This document shows, piece by piece, positions 47,084-57,098 of a DNA stretch of 64,000 nt. The notes below the pieces were generated by a model. It was not told the DNA's origin. It searched no databases and was given only the letters and a program-made list of their open reading frames with translations. The stretch is from Deltaproteobacteria bacterium (lineage in GTDB: Bacteria; Myxococcota; Kuafuiibacteriia; Kuafuiibacteriales; Kuafuiibacteriaceae). The position numbers and the translations under genes were made by a program. Positions within the stretch are counted from its first letter, which is position 1, and each line of letters starts with the position of its first letter. The stretch spans positions 1 to 64,000 of the forward strand of contig JAVJQW010000023.1 of assembly GCA_040218735.1 (NCBI GenBank), written 5' to 3'.

Positions 47084-49372
47084 CTAGGATACGGCCACGA
47101 TCGCGCGCAGGACCGCCTCGGGTGTGCACGGTATGGCTAGCTCGACCTCGCGAGAACCGAACGCACCGACCGCGTGACGCAACGCCGTGACCACCCCGAT
47201 CGCGAGCATGAACGGTGGTTCTCCGACCGCCTTGCTCCCGTGCACGACGTCGGACTGCGGTGCCCCCTGCAGGAGCTGGACGTCGAACGCCAACGGCGCC
47301 TCGGACATCGCGGGGATCTTGTACGTGTCCGGGGAGTGCGTCTTCAGGTCCCCAGCGGGGCCCCAGACGAGCTCCTCACACGTGAGCCAACCGAGCCCCT
47401 GGATGAACCCACCTTCGATCTGTCCGCGGTCGATGGTCGGCACGAGTGAATCACCCACGTCGTGCAGGATGTCGACCCGCCGAACCTTGTGCTCGCCCGT
47501 GAGCCCGCTGACCTCCACCTCGATCACGGCGCCGCCGTACGCGAAGTAGTGAAACGGTTTCCCCTTGCCGACGCTCGGGTCGTACTCGATGTCGGGCGTC
47601 CGGTAGTAACCCGTCGCGGACAACGAGACCTGATCCGCGTACGCCCGCGCGACGACGTCTTCGAACGACACCGCGCGCTCACCCGACGAGACACGCCCGT
47701 CCTCGAAGCGGAGCGGCTCCAGCTCCGAGCACCCGATGAGCTTCGCCGCCACGGGTCCGAGCCGCGAGCGCAACCGCTCACACGCCTGTTTGATCGCCGC
47801 GCCGTTGAGGTCCGAGCCACTCGACGCCGCCGTCGCCGAAGTGTTCGGCACCTTGTCCGTCGAGGTGTTCATCAACCGGATGCGCTCGGGCTTCACACCG
47901 AGCTCGTGCGCCGCCACCGCGATCATCTTGGTATGCAGGCCCTGCCCCATCTCGGTACCGCCGTGGTTCACCTGCACGCTCCCGTCCGCGTAGACGAGGA
48001 CGAGCGCACCCGCCTGGTTGAGCATCGCGTTCGTGAACGAGATGCCGAACTTCACCGGCTGGTACGCGATGCCGCGCTTCACGAACCGCGACGACGTGTT
48101 GAACCGCGCGATGTCCTGACGGCGCTCGTGGTACCGCGCGTCGTCGAGGAGCTGATCGTGGATGCGCTCGAGGCGGCACTCCGAGACCTCCTGGTCGTAG
48201 GGCGTTCGGTTCCGCGGCGCGTCGCCGTAGTAGTTGCGCTTGCGGACGTCCGCCGGGTCCAGGCCCAACCGCTCCGCCGCGCGGTTGAGTATCTCTTCGA
48301 CGACCGCCATCCCCTGCGGCCCACCGAACCCGCGGAACGCGGTGTTCGACGGTTTGTTCGTACGCGCGACGCGCCCTTGGAAGTACAGCGCCGGCACGTA
48401 GTACGCGTTGTCGAGGTGGAAGAGGCAGCGGTCGAGGATCGCCTGCGAGAGATCCGCGCTCCAACCACCGTCGGAGTACGTGTAGACCTCGAGCGCGAGG
48501 AGGTCCCCCTCGTTCGAGAACCCCGCACGATATTTTGAATGGAACGGATGACGCTTCCCGGTCTGCGTCATGTCCTGGTCGCGGTTGAGCCAGACCTTCA
48601 CGGGCCGGCCCGTCGCACGCACCCCCAGCGCCGCGAGCGCGGCGAAGTGGGCCCCTTGGGTCTCCTTGCCGCCGAAGCCTCCGCCCATACGGGGGGTCTC
48701 GACCACCACGTGGTGACGCGCGAGCCCGAGCACCTCGGCGACCTTCGCTTGCACCTCGGACGGGTGCTGCGTCGACGCGTACACCTGGTAGGTGTCGTCC
48801 TCGCCGGGGATCACCAGCGACACGTGCGACTCGAGGTAGAAGTGGTCCTGCCCACCGGTGTCGATCTCCCCTTCGATCTTCACCGGCGCCTCGGCGAGCG
48901 CCGTCTTCACGTCGCCGCGACGCATCTCGTGCGGCTTGGTGATGAACGCCTCCTTGGCGATCGCGTCCTTCAGGTCGAGCAACGCGGGCTTCGGCTCCAC
49001 GATCAGCTCGATCGCAGCCGCTGCCTCGCGGCACTTCTCGTAGGACTCCGCGACGATCAGCGCGACCGCCTGGCCGACGCAGTAGACCTCCTCCTTCGCG
49101 AGCAGCTCCTCGTCGTGGGTGAACGGCGCGATGTCGTTCTCACCCGGGATGTCCTTCGCGGTGATCACCGCGAAGACGCCGTCGATCGCGAGCGCGTCGT
49201 CGACGTCGAGCGAACGGATCGTCCCGCGCGCGACGGGCGACGGGAGCACCTGTCCGACCAACATCCCGCGCGGCGGCGGGAGGTCGTCGACGTACATCGC
49301 GGCGCCGCTCGCGTGGCGATGCCCGCTCTCGTGGATCGCCGGGCGATGCAGAGGGCTCTTTGCGTCGCTCAT
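47084..49372 (-). CDS. xdhB: Xanthine dehydrogenase molybdopterin-binding subunit
   Basis: GGQDHFYLE, STQHPSEVQ, RMGGGFGGKETQ, AFRGFGGPQG, GGTEMGQG, SKAVGEPP. Confidence 0.96.
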   Translation of the reverse strand: MSDAKSPLHRPAIHESGHRHASGAAMYVDDLPPPRGMLVGQVLPSPVARGTIRSLDVDDALAIDGVFAVITAKDIPGENDIAPFTHDEELLAKEEVYCVGQAVALIVAESYEKCREAAAAIELIVEPKPALLDLKDAIAKEAFITKPHEMRRGDVKTALAEAPVKIEGEIDTGGQDHFYLESHVSLVIPGEDDTYQVYASTQHPSEVQAKVAEVLGLARHHVVVETPRMGGGFGGKETQGAHFAALAALGVRATGRPVKVWLNRDQDMTQTGKRHPFHSKYRAGFSNEGDLLALEVYTYSDGGWSADLSQAILDRCLFHLDNAYYVPALYFQGRVARTNKPSNTAFRGFGGPQGMAVVEEILNRAAERLGLDPADVRKRNYYGDAPRNRTPYDQEVSECRLERIHDQLLDDARYHERRQDIARFNTSSRFVKRGIAYQPVKFGISFTNAMLNQAGALVLVYADGSVQVNHGGTEMGQGLHTKMIAVAAHELGVKPERIRLMNTSTDKVPNTSATAASSGSDLNGAAIKQACERLRSRLGPVAAKLIGCSELEPLRFEDGRVSSGERAVSFEDVVARAYADQVSLSATGYYRTPDIEYDPSVGKGKPFHYFAYGGAVIEVEVSGLTGEHKVRRVDILHDVGDSLVPTIDRGQIEGGFIQGLGWLTCEELVWGPAGDLKTHSPDTYKIPAMSEAPLAFDVQLLQGAPQSDVVHGSKAVGEPPFMLAIGVVTALRHAVGAFGSREVELAIPCTPEAVLRAIVAVS

Positions 49373-50814
49373 CACAGCACCACCGTAGCCGCGGGCCGGT
49401 GCACCAGGCGCGGGCGCGCCTGGGAGAGGGTCTCGAAGTAGAAACCGCGCACGAGGTTCTTCGCGACGGTGCTGCGGTACCACGCCGAGCCGCGGTGATC
49501 GTCGAGCGGCGTGAGCTCCGCGTCGATCGCCTTCACGGCGGTGTCGACGTTCTCCTCCGTCCAGGCCTCCCCGACGAGCGCCGCCTCCGCCTTCGCGGCG
49601 CGCACGGGCGTCGCCGCCATCCCGCCGAATGCGAGGCGCACCTCCTCGACGGTGTTCGCGTCGTCGAGCCGAACGTACGCGCCGAGCGAGACGGTGCTGA
49701 TGTCGAGCTCCTGGCGCTTCGACACCTTGTACGCGCCGACACGCGCGTCGTCCTCGATCGCGGGTATCAGGACCGCCTCCAGGATCTCGTTCTTCTGAAG
49801 CGCGGTCTGGCGATAACCGAGGAAGAACGCGCTGAGCGGGACCGTGCGTCGACCCGCGCGTGAGACCAGCGCGACGGTCGCGTTCAGCGCGAGGAGCACG
49901 GGGGCGAGGTCACCGATCGGCGAGGCCGTGCAGAGGTTGCCGCCGATCGTGCCGCGGTTCTTGATCTGCCGCGCGCCGAAGAAACGCAGCATGCGCTCGA
50001 TCGGTTCGAGGCCGTCGCGCGCCGCGTCTTCCAGATCCGCGAGAGGGGTGGTCGCGCCGATGCGCCACACGTCGGCGGTCCGTTCGATACCGCGCAGGGT
50101 CTCGACGCCCTCCAGCGAGACGACCGTCCCGAGGCGCTCGAACTTCTTCGTGACGCGGAGCGAGAGATCCGTCCCACCGCAAACGATTTCGCGGTCGGGG
50201 TGCGCGTCGAGGACGTCGAACAGCTCGTCGAACGTCGCGGGCGCAAAGAATTTCTGATCGCCGTGTTCGTAGCTCGGGACGCCGCGTTTGTTCTGCGCGG
50301 CTTCGAGCGCGGCGGCGAACCGATCGGAGGGTGCGAGCGAGGCGATCGCTTCGGTCGCGTCGCGGATCGGTCGGTACCCCGTGCAGCGACAGAGGTTGCC
50401 GCACATCTGATCGTCGAGCTTCCACGGTTCGTCGAGGTCCTTGCGGTAGCAAGCCTCGAACATCGACATGATCACGCCAGGCGTGCAGTAGCCGCACTGC
50501 GAGCCGAGCTTCTCGACCAGGCTCGCCTGTACCGGGTGCGGCGCACCGTCGGCGAGCCCTTCCACGGTGACGACGTCCTTGCCGTGCACCATGGGGAGGA
50601 GGACGAGGCAGCTGTTGACCGCGCGGAACGTCGCGCCCTGCGGCGCGTCCGGATCCACGATCGCCACGGTGCATGCGCCGCAGTCGCCCTCCGCGCAGCC
50701 CTCCTTCGTGCCGGTCTCCCCGAGGGGACCGCGCAGGTACTGAAGGAGCGTCATCGTCGGCGAGACGTCCGACGCCGATATTCGCTGCCCGTTCAGCGTG
50801 AATTCGATCGCCAT
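49372..50814 (-). CDS. xdhA: Xanthine dehydrogenase 2Fe-2S/FAD subunit
   Basis: GTKEGCAEGDCGACTV, SQCGYCTPG, GNLCRCTGY, GGNLCTASPIGD, YKVSKR. Confidence 0.96.
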   Translation of the reverse strand: MAIEFTLNGQRISASDVSPTMTLLQYLRGPLGETGTKEGCAEGDCGACTVAIVDPDAPQGATFRAVNSCLVLLPMVHGKDVVTVEGLADGAPHPVQASLVEKLGSQCGYCTPGVIMSMFEACYRKDLDEPWKLDDQMCGNLCRCTGYRPIRDATEAIASLAPSDRFAAALEAAQNKRGVPSYEHGDQKFFAPATFDELFDVLDAHPDREIVCGGTDLSLRVTKKFERLGTVVSLEGVETLRGIERTADVWRIGATTPLADLEDAARDGLEPIERMLRFFGARQIKNRGTIGGNLCTASPIGDLAPVLLALNATVALVSRAGRRTVPLSAFFLGYRQTALQKNEILEAVLIPAIEDDARVGAYKVSKRQELDISTVSLGAYVRLDDANTVEEVRLAFGGMAATPVRAAKAEAALVGEAWTEENVDTAVKAIDAELTPLDDHRGSAWYRSTVAKNLVRGFYFETLSQARPRLVHRPAATVVL

Positions 50815-50882
50815 CGTGCCCTCTGGCGCTACCAGCCGAAGCCCGGACTCGCAAGTCGACGGCCCGCGCGTTATGGGCAGGT

Positions 50883-51533
50883 GTGCCGAACCGCGAAGTC
50901 GAGCTGAAGTGGGAAGTGGACGACGAGCGTGGCCTCGAGCAGCTGGAGGCGGCGTTGGGCGGGACACCTGCGAAGGTCGTGCGGCAGCGAAACGTCTACT
51001 TCGACGCGGAGCACCGTCTGGCCGCCGCGGGCTGGAGCGTCCGACTGCGGGTCGAGGACGACAGGAACCGGCTCGCGATCAAGGGCCCGCGCGACGACAC
51101 CGCGGGGTACGTCGCGCGCCCCGAGACGCCGGACGTCGAGGTCGACGACGACGCGCGCGAAGCCATCCTGGACGGCGAGGATCCGTTGCCCTACCTGCTC
51201 GCGGCGCTCGACGAGACCCCGGAGGGTGTCTTCGCCCAGACGGTGCAGGACATCTGCGCGGGCCTCCCGCTGAAGCGCACCGGCGAGACGAACAACGAGC
51301 GGCGAAAGTACCCGGTCTCGGTGGCCGGGCTGGAGCTGACGGTGGAGATCGATCGCACGGACTACGCCGAGCACGGCGTGTTCTACGAAACGGAGCTGGA
51401 GATCCCGGGCACCGCGGACGAGGCGACGCGCGACGCGGTGCAAGCCTGGTTGCGCGAGATCTTCGAGCGCCTCGGCCTCCCGATCCGCGAGGCCCCCGGC
51501 AAACTCGCCCGCCTCCGCGCCCTCACGGCCTGA
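50883..51533 (+). CDS. CYTH domain protein
   Basis: REVELKW (ExExK), QRNVYFD, VRLR, EIDRT, YETELE. Confidence 0.85.
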   Translation: MPNREVELKWEVDDERGLEQLEAALGGTPAKVVRQRNVYFDAEHRLAAAGWSVRLRVEDDRNRLAIKGPRDDTAGYVARPETPDVEVDDDAREAILDGEDPLPYLLAALDETPEGVFAQTVQDICAGLPLKRTGETNNERRKYPVSVAGLELTVEIDRTDYAEHGVFYETELEIPGTADEATRDAVQAWLREIFERLGLPIREAPGKLARLRALTA

Positions 51534-51603
51534 CAATCGTCAGGCGACCACGCGGCGCCGCCTGCGATGGGAGGCACCGCGGACTTGCTCTGCCGACAAC
51601 GGC

Positions 51604-52056
51604 TCAAGGCCGTCGTATCTCCTCACGACGTCGCTGCTTCGTGAACGATCGAGAGAGCGACGACAGCGTGGAGAGCATCCACGACACGACGTCGTCGTAG
51701 GTCACGATGCCCTCCAGCTCGCCGCGGTCGTTCACCACCGGCAGGCGACGCACGCCGTGGAGCTGCATGATGTCGATCGCGTTTTCGATGCGGTCATCGC
51801 GCCCGATGACGTGGCACGGCGACGGGGCGAGGTCGCCGACGTGAACCTTGGCGAGGTCGTCGATGCCCTGCGCGATCGCGCCGAGGACGATGTCGCGGTC
51901 GGTGACGATCCCGACCGGGAGCTGAGCGGCCCCGCGCTGCTCGATGACGACGACGTCCCCGACGTGCCGCTCGCGCATCAGCTTGGCGGCCGCGAGCAGG
52001 CTCATCTCACGCGGCGCGGTGGTCACGTCCGAATTGGACAGGTGATGGATACGCAT
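51604..52056 (-). CDS. CBS domain pair protein
   Basis: AAKLMRERHVG..GIVTDRDI; GVRRLPVV..GIVTYDD. Confidence 0.92.
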   Translation of the reverse strand: MRIHHLSNSDVTTAPREMSLLAAAKLMRERHVGDVVVIEQRGAAQLPVGIVTDRDIVLGAIAQGIDDLAKVHVGDLAPSPCHVIGRDDRIENAIDIMQLHGVRRLPVVNDRGELEGIVTYDDVVSWMLSTLSSLSRSFTKQRRREEIRRP

Positions 52057-52153
52057 ACCGACCTACGAATCAAAGGGGATGCCACGCCGCGATCGCAGCA
52101 CGGACGGGCGCGCCGTTACCCGCGAGAAACGGACGCGAGGGCGCGGTAACGGT

Positions 52154-53179
52154 TCAGAGGCGCCCGCGGAGCTGGGCGACGATCCACCGCGAGTAGCGCT
52201 CGGCCCCCTTCGCGTTGAGGTGGTCGGCCGTGTCGTAGAACTCGTCGGCCTTCGCGGCGAAGGGGTCCGGGGCGAGCAGCTCGAAGGTCGGGTGTTGGGC
52301 GTTCAGCCCCTTCGCCCAGTCCCGCACCGGCTGCCCGACGCGCTCCGGCCACTTTTGGTGCGCGAGGATCTTCTCCATGCGCGGCGTGAGCGCGAAGAAC
52401 ACCTTGATGCCGTGCCGGTCCGTGATTTCGAGGAGGCGCTCGTTCCACTCGTCGACGTCCGGGTGGTTCTCGAACTTCCACGGCTGCTGCAACACGACCT
52501 GGATGAAGTAGTTGAAGTCACCCATGCCCGGGCCGTTCTTGCCGACGCCGCGTGAGTGCCCGCGATTCGCGAAGTGATCGATCCGCTGCTGCGCGCTCGC
52601 CGTGTAGCGCGTTTGCAGCTGCTGCATCGACGTCTTGCGCAGGTCGAGGACGAAGGCTTCGATGCCCTTGCCGTCGCGATACGACGGCGACGCGAGCGCC
52701 CACGTCCACTCCAGCGCGGTCGACGCGTCGATGAGGTCGTGCCCGTACCAGAAGCGCACCGCGTACGGCGTGAGGAAGTACGCGAGTGTGATCTCCGGGC
52801 CTTCGTGATCGATGTACTTCGCCTGGCCGTTCTCGGTGTGCACGATCAGCACCGACTTCAGAGCCGTGCCGCGCTCGATCGCGCGCTCGATCAGCGTGAC
52901 CTGGCTGGGGAACGCGCCGTGGAAGGTCGCGATGTTCCACGCGGGCACGCCGAGCTCTTCGGTGAGGATGTTCGTGTTGACGCCCCACCGGCCCGAGCTG
53001 TCGCCGATCACGAGCAGCTCGATCTCCGGGTGCAGGTCGAGCGCGTCGAGCGAGGCTTCACCGCGCACGACGGCGTCGTTCGGCGTGCACCGCATGTAGA
53101 AGTGGTGCAGCGCGCGATCGAACAGGACGAACGTCACGAGCGCCAACACGAGCCACCACCACTGCTTCACCCACTTCAT
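52154..53179 (-). CDS. Membrane-anchored SGNH-like protein, probable O-acetyltransferase partner
   Basis: N-terminal TM; LVIGDSS and YDTADHLN motifs; directly downstream of the MBOAT gene. Confidence 0.7.
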   Translation of the reverse strand: MKWVKQWWWLVLALVTFVLFDRALHHFYMRCTPNDAVVRGEASLDALDLHPEIELLVIGDSSGRWGVNTNILTEELGVPAWNIATFHGAFPSQVTLIERAIERGTALKSVLIVHTENGQAKYIDHEGPEITLAYFLTPYAVRFWYGHDLIDASTALEWTWALASPSYRDGKGIEAFVLDLRKTSMQQLQTRYTASAQQRIDHFANRGHSRGVGKNGPGMGDFNYFIQVVLQQPWKFENHPDVDEWNERLLEITDRHGIKVFFALTPRMEKILAHQKWPERVGQPVRDWAKGLNAQHPTFELLAPDPFAAKADEFYDTADHLNAKGAERYSRWIVAQLRGRL

Positions 53180-53189
53180 CGCGCGCCCT

Positions 53190-54593
53190 TCAGAACTGGA
53201 AGTAGATGAACTGCACACGCGTGCGCAGGAAGAAGGTGAGCAGGCAGACGAGCATCGTCGTGGCGAGGACGTAGGCGGTGGCGGGGCGGCGGTTCGCGAA
53301 CACCTCCATCGAGTCGGTGCGGAGCTGGACGACGTGCATGATCACCATGGGGATCACGAGCGGGATCAGCGCGAGCGCGCTCTCGCCGGCCTTGGCGCTC
53401 GGCGCCTTGCCGAAGCTGCCGAAGATGTCGCCGAGCAACGTGAGCGACGGAATGCGGAAGAGCACCCAACCGAACACCGTCAGCTGGAGCATCACGAACA
53501 CCCGCGCGACGCGAACACCGAGGCGCGGCTCCTCCGTCTTGGCGATCCCCAGCGCTCGTTCGATGCCGAGCAGCACGCCGTGGTAGACGCCCCACGCGAC
53601 GAAGTGCCACGCGGCGCCGTGCCAGAGGCCGCCGAGCAACATCGTGAGGAAGAGGTTGAGCCGCGTTCGCCACGCGCCGCCGCGGTTCCCGCCGAGGGAA
53701 ACGTAGAGATAGTCGCGCAGCCAACGCGACAGCGAGATGTGCCAGCGCCGCCAGAAGTCGCGCGGGCCGATCGCGAGGTACGGGTGTCGGAAGTTGAGCG
53801 TGAGCTCCACCCCGAACAGCCGTGACGTGCCGCGCGCGATGTCGGTGTAGCCGGAGAAGTCACCGTAGATCTGAATCGCGAAGGCGAGCGCCGCGATGTA
53901 CCAGTCGATGGCGCCGTACGTGCCGGCCGGAGCGTCGAAGACCCGGTCGACGATCACCGCCGCACGATCCGCGAGGAGCATCTTCTTGGTGAGGCCCCAC
54001 AGGATCAGGAGCACGCCGTCCGCGGCGAGCTTCGGGTCGAAGCGCCGCTCGCCGTCGAGCTGCGGGAGGAGCCGGCTCGCGCGTTCGATCGGACCGGCGA
54101 CGAGCTGCGGGAACCACGCCACGAACAACGCGAACCGGAGCGGATCGCGCTCGGCGGGCTGCGCGCGCCGGTAGACGTCGATCGTGTAGCTCATCGTCTG
54201 GAACGTGTAGAAGCTGATGCCGACCGGGAGCACGATCGACAGGTGCAGCGGCTCGGTCGCGACGCCGAGCATCTGCAAGCCCTCTTGCATGCTCGAGACG
54301 AAGAAGCCGGCGTACTTGAAGTAACCGAGGATCAACAGCTGGCTGACGACGGAGAAGACGACGTACCCGCGCCCGGACGTGTCGTCCTCGTGCGCGGCTT
54401 CGATGCGGCGCGCGCAGACGTAGTCGATCACCGTCGACAGCGCGATGAGGGCGAGGAAGCGCCAGTCCCACCAGCCGTAGAACAGGTAACTCGCGGCGAG
54501 CAGGAGGAGCTGTCGCGGCCGACCGCGCACGAGCCAGCTCGCCGGCAACACCAGCGCGAGGAAGAACAGGTACGGAACCGCGTCGAAGAGCAT
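53190..54593 (-). CDS. MBOAT family O-acyltransferase (AlgI/PatA-like)
   Basis: LPVGISFYTFQ, FPQLVAGPIER, DFSGYTDIA, FWRRWHISLS, GGLWHGA. Confidence 0.94.
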   Translation of the reverse strand: MLFDAVPYLFFLALVLPASWLVRGRPRQLLLLAASYLFYGWWDWRFLALIALSTVIDYVCARRIEAAHEDDTSGRGYVVFSVVSQLLILGYFKYAGFFVSSMQEGLQMLGVATEPLHLSIVLPVGISFYTFQTMSYTIDVYRRAQPAERDPLRFALFVAWFPQLVAGPIERASRLLPQLDGERRFDPKLAADGVLLILWGLTKKMLLADRAAVIVDRVFDAPAGTYGAIDWYIAALAFAIQIYGDFSGYTDIARGTSRLFGVELTLNFRHPYLAIGPRDFWRRWHISLSRWLRDYLYVSLGGNRGGAWRTRLNLFLTMLLGGLWHGAAWHFVAWGVYHGVLLGIERALGIAKTEEPRLGVRVARVFVMLQLTVFGWVLFRIPSLTLLGDIFGSFGKAPSAKAGESALALIPLVIPMVIMHVVQLRTDSMEVFANRRPATAYVLATTMLVCLLTFFLRTRVQFIYFQF

Positions 54594-54640
54594 CGCTGGA
54601 CGGCACCCAAAAAGTTGCGCGGCGCCTACGTTGCCCGATA

Positions 54641-55087
54641 ATGCCCTACGTGCGGTCGCTCCTTCGATATTTTGTCTTCACCGCCGCGATCCTCGGTCTG
54701 GCGTACGCCTCCGTGACGGTCCAGGTCGACGGGCGCTCGGTGGCGGCCCACCTGAGGGATCACGGCAAAGTCTGGCTGGCGGAGCTGATGGAGGCCGCGA
54801 AGCCGGATCCCAAGCCCGCCGAGAAGAAGGCCAACCCCAAGAAGGCCAAGCCCGCGCCGAAGAAGGCGGTGGCCAAGAAGAAGAAGGACGAGCGCCCCGT
54901 GCGCGAGGTTCCCCCGGCCGAGCTGCAGTCCGAGCCCGAAGCCGAGGCGCGGGTGAACCTCCTCGCCAACGCCGCGAAGCAGGCCAACACGCGTCTTCGG
55001 GCCGAATCGAAGCCCGAACCGACGCGAATCACGCCCGAACAGAAGAAGGCGCTCGACGCACTGCTCACGAATCGCCAATCTCCCTGA
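54641..55087 (+). CDS. Hypothetical membrane-anchored protein with a Lys/Pro-rich linker
   Basis: N-terminal TM, VQVDGRSV..H, K/P-rich tail; GC3-biased frame. Confidence 0.65.
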   Translation: MPYVRSLLRYFVFTAAILGLAYASVTVQVDGRSVAAHLRDHGKVWLAELMEAAKPDPKPAEKKANPKKAKPAPKKAVAKKKKDERPVREVPPAELQSEPEAEARVNLLANAAKQANTRLRAESKPEPTRITPEQKKALDALLTNRQSP

Positions 55088-55089
55088 CG

Positions 55090-55515
55090 ATGGGGCGCGC
55101 GCCAGTCCGAGGGGCCGTCGACACCTACCGCGTGTTGGTCGCGGTGGTGATGCTGGGGGTCCTCGTCGCGACGATGTCGTGGCTGCAGTCGCGGTTCGAT
55201 TCGAGTGACCACGACAAGGCGGTGGAGCTCGTGAAGGGCTACAAACCGCAGGGCGGGCAGCAGACGCTCCTCGACGCGCTCCTCGCGCGACACCCCGGGC
55301 GCAAGCGGCACGAGTTCTCGTGGCGAAGTGAAATCATGAGCAGTTGCCTCGGGCACGTGCGCGTGCACGCGCGGCTCCCCGAGAAGGGGGACGAGCCGGA
55401 GGTTGCCTACGCGTTCGACGTCGACCTCACTGCGCCGAGCATCCACCCCACCGATCCCGTCACGATCGAAGTGCTGAAGTCGCTCACCACGGCGACGTCG
55501 ACGAAGGCGAGCTGA
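55090..55515 (+). CDS. Hypothetical membrane-anchored protein
   Basis: Single TM near the N-terminus; TGATG coupling to the next gene. Confidence 0.65.
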   Translation: MGRAPVRGAVDTYRVLVAVVMLGVLVATMSWLQSRFDSSDHDKAVELVKGYKPQGGQQTLLDALLARHPGRKRHEFSWRSEIMSSCLGHVRVHARLPEKGDEPEVAYAFDVDLTAPSIHPTDPVTIEVLKSLTTATSTKAS

Positions 55516-56654
55516 TGGCGGTCGACACCTGTCCGAAGTGCGGCGCGCTGATCACGCCGAACCTCGCGCGCTGCCGGCAGTGCAAGGCGTACCTGCACGG
55601 GACGAAGCTGGAGGGGTTCATCTTCGAGAGCCTCCTCCCCAAGAACCTCGCGGGGTCGCCGGGGACGGGGATCATCTTCCTGATCGTCGTCCTCTACTAC
55701 CTGATGATGGGGCTGCTCGCGGGGCCGACTTCGTTGATCGCGATGTCGGGTTACAGCCTCGACCAGTTCGGCAACACGAGCCCAGCGGGGATCTTCCTCG
55801 GTGAGTACTGGCGGTTCGTGACGTCGATGTTCGGGCACCACGACCTGATGCACATCGCGTTCAACATGTACGCGCTGACGATCGTCGGGCCGCTGGTTGA
55901 GGAGGCGTTCGACCGCAAGAAGATGATGGTCATCTACTTCATCGGCGGCATCGCCTCGATGATCATCAGCTACATCGTCCACACCGAGTGGATGGGCGGC
56001 CGCGGCGGCGGGAGCATGGGCGCGTCGGGCGCGGTGAGCGCGCTGATCGGCGCGACGCTGTTCGCCGCGATCCGCAAGGGCCCCGAGGGCCGCGTCGTGA
56101 AGGCGGTGATGATCCGCTGGACGATCTACATGGCGGCGTTCGGTCTCCTCGTCAGCGGCATCGACAACGCCGCGCACGGCGGCGGCTTCCTCACCGGCGC
56201 GGCGCTCGCGTACGTCATGCCGCTCGGCGGCAGCAAGACGGTCACCGCGCAGAAGCTGATGTCCGTGCTGATGCTCGGGCTCGTCGCGCTGACGATCGGC
56301 AGCACCGCGCTGATGCTCGACAACCTCCGCGGCTTCCCCGCCGCGCTCGACAAGGACGGCTACGGGCGCCGCATCTTCATGTTCGAAGTGCAGGACCCCT
56401 ACGAGTGGTCGTACTCGGACCAGGTCGAGTCGTACCAGCGCTGCGTCGAGGGCGTCCGCACCGGGGAGACCGGGGAAAAGGCGATCCACGCCTGTGAGCT
56501 CGCGGTGCGCGCCCTCCCCTACGCCGCGGGTGCGCCCGGGGCGGAGGCCGCGTGGCACTTCCGGTTGCTGTCGGTGCTGCTGGCGAAGGACGGGCAGATG
56601 GATCGCGCGCGCCGCATGAAGTACGCGGCGCTGCGGCTCGAGAACCGGCTGTAG
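55515..56654 (+). CDS. Rhomboid intramembrane serine protease with N-terminal Zn-ribbon
   Basis: CPKC..CRQC; EYWRFVT, HIAFNM, MGASGAV, NAAHGGG. Confidence 0.92.
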   Translation: MAVDTCPKCGALITPNLARCRQCKAYLHGTKLEGFIFESLLPKNLAGSPGTGIIFLIVVLYYLMMGLLAGPTSLIAMSGYSLDQFGNTSPAGIFLGEYWRFVTSMFGHHDLMHIAFNMYALTIVGPLVEEAFDRKKMMVIYFIGGIASMIISYIVHTEWMGGRGGGSMGASGAVSALIGATLFAAIRKGPEGRVVKAVMIRWTIYMAAFGLLVSGIDNAAHGGGFLTGAALAYVMPLGGSKTVTAQKLMSVLMLGLVALTIGSTALMLDNLRGFPAALDKDGYGRRIFMFEVQDPYEWSYSDQVESYQRCVEGVRTGETGEKAIHACELAVRALPYAAGAPGAEAAWHFRLLSVLLAKDGQMDRARRMKYAALRLENRL

Positions 56655-56666
56655 CGCGGGCGCCCG

Positions 56667-57098
56667 TCAGAGCGCCGCCTTGATCTGCTCGTCGAGCTCC
56701 TGGGTGGAGGTCGTGCCCTTGATGACGTAGCCCTTCACGAAGTCATACGCCAACGCGCGTTCACGGTCCGCCGGGTGCTCGGACGAGCTGAACATCATGA
56801 TGACGCACGTTCGAAGCTCCTCCTGCTCCCTGCGAAGCGCACTGAAGCGCTCCAGGAACGTGAAGCCGTCGACGCGCGGCATGTTGACGTCGAGGAAGAT
56901 GAGATCCGGGGGGAACTCGTGTTGAAGCTTCGACTTGTTGCGCGTGTGCTCCACGAGGAAGTCGAGCGCTTCCTGACCGTCCGCGGACTCCTGCACGGAC
57001 ACTTCGAGGCTCGTACGAGAGAGATCACGTCGCAGGAGGTACCGGTCCGGGCGGCTGTCGTCGACGATGAGAACGTTGATTCCAGGTGCCGAAGTCAT
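56667..57098 (-). CDS. Single-domain response regulator
   Basis: LIVDDS, FLDVNMPRVDGF, MFSSS, YVIK. Confidence 0.92.
   Translation of the reverse strand: MTSAPGINVLIVDDSRPDRYLLRRDLSRTSLEVSVQESADGQEALDFLVEHTRNKSKLQHEFPPDLIFLDVNMPRVDGFTFLERFSALRREQEELRTCVIMMFSSSEHPADRERALAYDFVKGYVIKGTTSTQELDEQIKAAL

Noticed and set aside
47084-50814. xdhAB without an adjacent xdhC
   Set aside because: The chaperone gene is often encoded elsewhere; not informative from one window
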